A program made the position numbers and the translations under genes. A stretch of DNA of 61,339 nt, the filler included. It is 5 parts of 5 records of this genome, joined end to end, with 100 filler letters (N's around TTAATTAATTAA, not from the genome) between each part and the next. Parts side by side here need not be neighbours in the genome. Positions count along the whole stretch, not along the records: positions 52,415 to 61,339 come from SRR20825006_529; 4 more parts are not named here. The stretch is one strand, 5' to 3'. The notes beneath the pieces were generated by a model. The model did no database searches and was not told the DNA's origin. It saw only the letters and a list, made by a program, of their open reading frames with translations. Shown here one piece after another: positions 59,638-61,339 of this stretch (its first letter is position 1; the number at the start of each line of letters is the position of its first letter).

Positions 59638-61197
59638 ATGTCGATTGGTGCAGATTGGCGGCAAATATCGCCCGGTAACGGGGCAAGCATCGCAAACGGA
59701 GCGGCAGGCAGCGGGTCTGCTGGATCGAGTGCGGCCGAGCAGCTTGTTGATGGTGTCGAAGAAGGCCGCAGCTTTTCCGAATATATGTTCGGAAAGGACG
59801 GCTTTGAATTCACCGATTTCCTCGATGTGATCAATCCTTTGCAGCATATCCCCGGCGTGGGCATGGTTTACCGCAGCATCACAGGCGACGAGCTTGGCAA
59901 TGGTGCGCGCGTTGTTGGTGGCGGTCTGTTTGGCGGTATCTTTGGTCTGGCCGGTGCGGCGGTTGATGCGGTTGTCGATCTGGCGACCGGTGAAGATACC
60001 GGTGCGCATATCATGGCGATGTTTGAAGGTGACGAGGCCCCGGCAGATCAGCCGATGATGGCCGATGCATCGCTCGAAGGTGGCCCAACTGGCGGGGCAA
60101 GCGATCTTGTCCTGCCGTGGATGGTTGGTGACAGGTCAATGGCCGGCGAGGACGGTTTACCGGTCGATCCCGCCGAACAAGCAACGATTACCGATGCTGC
60201 CCCGGTGGCCGGTGTTGAGACACTGGCGATGAACGAACAACAGGGTACTGAGACCCAAACAGGTACCACGGCATACAATGCGGCTGATCTGGTGACGCCT
60301 TGGGGCGGGGCGGTTAGCAATGCCAATGCCGCAGCTGCCTATGGAGCTGTTAAACCAGTCGCAAGTCCGGCTGTCTCTAATGCTCAAACCCTGACGCAAT
60401 CAATTGCCCGACAGCAGGTCGCACCGTCGGCAGCTTCAATGTCAGCAGGCGATGATCCCGCAATACAGACCGCCCAGCGTCTTTTGGCCAAGGCAGGGGA
60501 TGATGTGGCCGGAACCAATATCGACGCGCAGGATGCCGATCCGGCCGAACTGGCCGTAGCAATTGCACGTGCCGGGCAGAGTGATATTGCATCAAACATG
60601 ACCATGCGCACCGCAGAGGACAGCCGCAATGGGCATCAGGGCATGATACAGCGCGCATCCTTTAGTAGCGAAAATGGTGATACGGTCTGGGCACGAGCGC
60701 AAAGTTCCGGGCGGTTAAGCCGTGGAACATCGCAATTTGGCGTTGCGCCCGAAATTGCTGCCCGGGAGGCAAAATATGCCAAGATCAAGCAGGGTGACGT
60801 AACCAAACCGGCAAATTCACAAGAAGCAGGTTCGGGGCAGCAGGGCCCCTTGAGTGCTGCGGAAATGGCCGCACGGTTTAACGCAGCCCTTGGCCGTGAT
60901 CGGGCGCAAACCATGGCAAATAATGCCGTTGCATCGACCAATGCGGTGGCACAGGACAAGCCGGCATCAGGTCAGCAGATTCAGCGCGATGATAGGGCAA
61001 ATTTGGAGCGCGACATAGCGCGCAATGAAAGCGCAGACAGTGCCGAAATGGTCCATCCATTGATGGAAAAAGCACAAAGCCACAGCAATAGTGACGCCCC
61101 GGTCGGAGTCTGGTTCAGTCAGACCATGATGGACGGGCTTAAGAAATACCAGGCAATGCAGGAAGGTCGCCAGCAGCCCGCGGATAATTCAATCTGA
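59638..61197 (+). CDS. hypothetical protein, 519 aa
   Basis: GAGGAG RBS; structured-looking N-terminal block DFLDVINPLQHIP..YR..TGD with a glycine-rich helix; low-complexity middle; MMDGLKKYQAM end. Confidence 0.8.
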   Translation: MSIGADWRQISPGNGASIANGAAGSGSAGSSAAEQLVDGVEEGRSFSEYMFGKDGFEFTDFLDVINPLQHIPGVGMVYRSITGDELGNGARVVGGGLFGGIFGLAGAAVDAVVDLATGEDTGAHIMAMFEGDEAPADQPMMADASLEGGPTGGASDLVLPWMVGDRSMAGEDGLPVDPAEQATITDAAPVAGVETLAMNEQQGTETQTGTTAYNAADLVTPWGGAVSNANAAAAYGAVKPVASPAVSNAQTLTQSIARQQVAPSAASMSAGDDPAIQTAQRLLAKAGDDVAGTNIDAQDADPAELAVAIARAGQSDIASNMTMRTAEDSRNGHQGMIQRASFSSENGDTVWARAQSSGRLSRGTSQFGVAPEIAAREAKYAKIKQGDVTKPANSQEAGSGQQGPLSAAEMAARFNAALGRDRAQTMANNAVASTNAVAQDKPASGQQIQRDDRANLERDIARNESADSAEMVHPLMEKAQSHSNSDAPVGVWFSQTMMDGLKKYQAMQEGRQQPADNSI

Positions 61198-61220
61198 TTA
61201 CCCGATCATAAAGTATCAAA

Positions 61221-61256
61221 AAAACCCGACAATCGTTTGATGTCGGGTTTTGTTTT
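61221..61256 (+). terminator. intrinsic terminator
   Basis: AAAACCCGACA/TGTCGGGTTTT followed by a T tract. Confidence 0.8.
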
Positions 61257-61339
61257 GATTTGGTAACGAATCCTTGGCGATTTTAGCGATTAAGGAAACC
61301 GACGATTTCCTTGACCTCTTTGAGGATCGGCTGGGCAAT

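Noticed and set aside
1-61339. CRISPR arrays, IS elements, rRNA, retrons/DGRs
   Set aside because: No repeat-spacer array, transposase, rRNA or reverse-transcriptase motif was seen by eye.

Overview
This window is an artificial concatenation of five unrelated fragments. They are joined by 100-nt N spacers carrying a TTAATTAATTAA all-frame stop linker (13040-13139, 35699-35798, 44402-44501, 52315-52414). Taxon labels below are impressions from gene content and order, not database results. (1) 1-13039, marine gammaproteobacterium-like housekeeping region (RNB exoribonuclease, asnS, cmoM, riboflavin synthase, ParA, OmpA). It hides two unannotated tandem paralogous ~40-aa membrane peptides and an RsmY/CsrB-type sRNA with a GacA/UvrY box. 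(2) 13140-35698, Roseobacter-like DNA. It opens with tRNA-Glu carrying a complete 10.6-kb integrated element bounded by 21-bp att repeats. The element encodes an integrase, an xis-like gene, a divergent Arc-family pair and an HK97-type head/packaging module (TerL, head closure, HNH, capsid, protease, connector, portal). It has no tail, lysis, recognisable TerS or Rep/primase gene, so it reads as a capsid-forming phage satellite (cf-PICI-like). Its notable features are an ORF that gains an element-encoded RBS and ATG only when attP is re-formed by excision, a ~420-nt hairpin-dense noncoding tract where a replicon would be expected, and a possible pseudoknotted RNA after the portal gene. Host genes follow (H-NOX/DGC, MttB-family, PleD-like, ECF sigma cluster, carnitine dehydrogenase). 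(3) 35799-44401, Devosia/Rhizobiales-like (hisI, folE, thrS, arfB, ugd). (4) 44502-52314, Rhodospirillales-like (fabB, fabA, irr, moeB, cysK, dut, coaBC). (5) 52415-61339, Thalassospira-like (tandem porins, GT9, yggS, ribA, and a sigma54/IHF-controlled unknown gene). The strongest candidate for an undescribed system is the satellite at 13204-23840.
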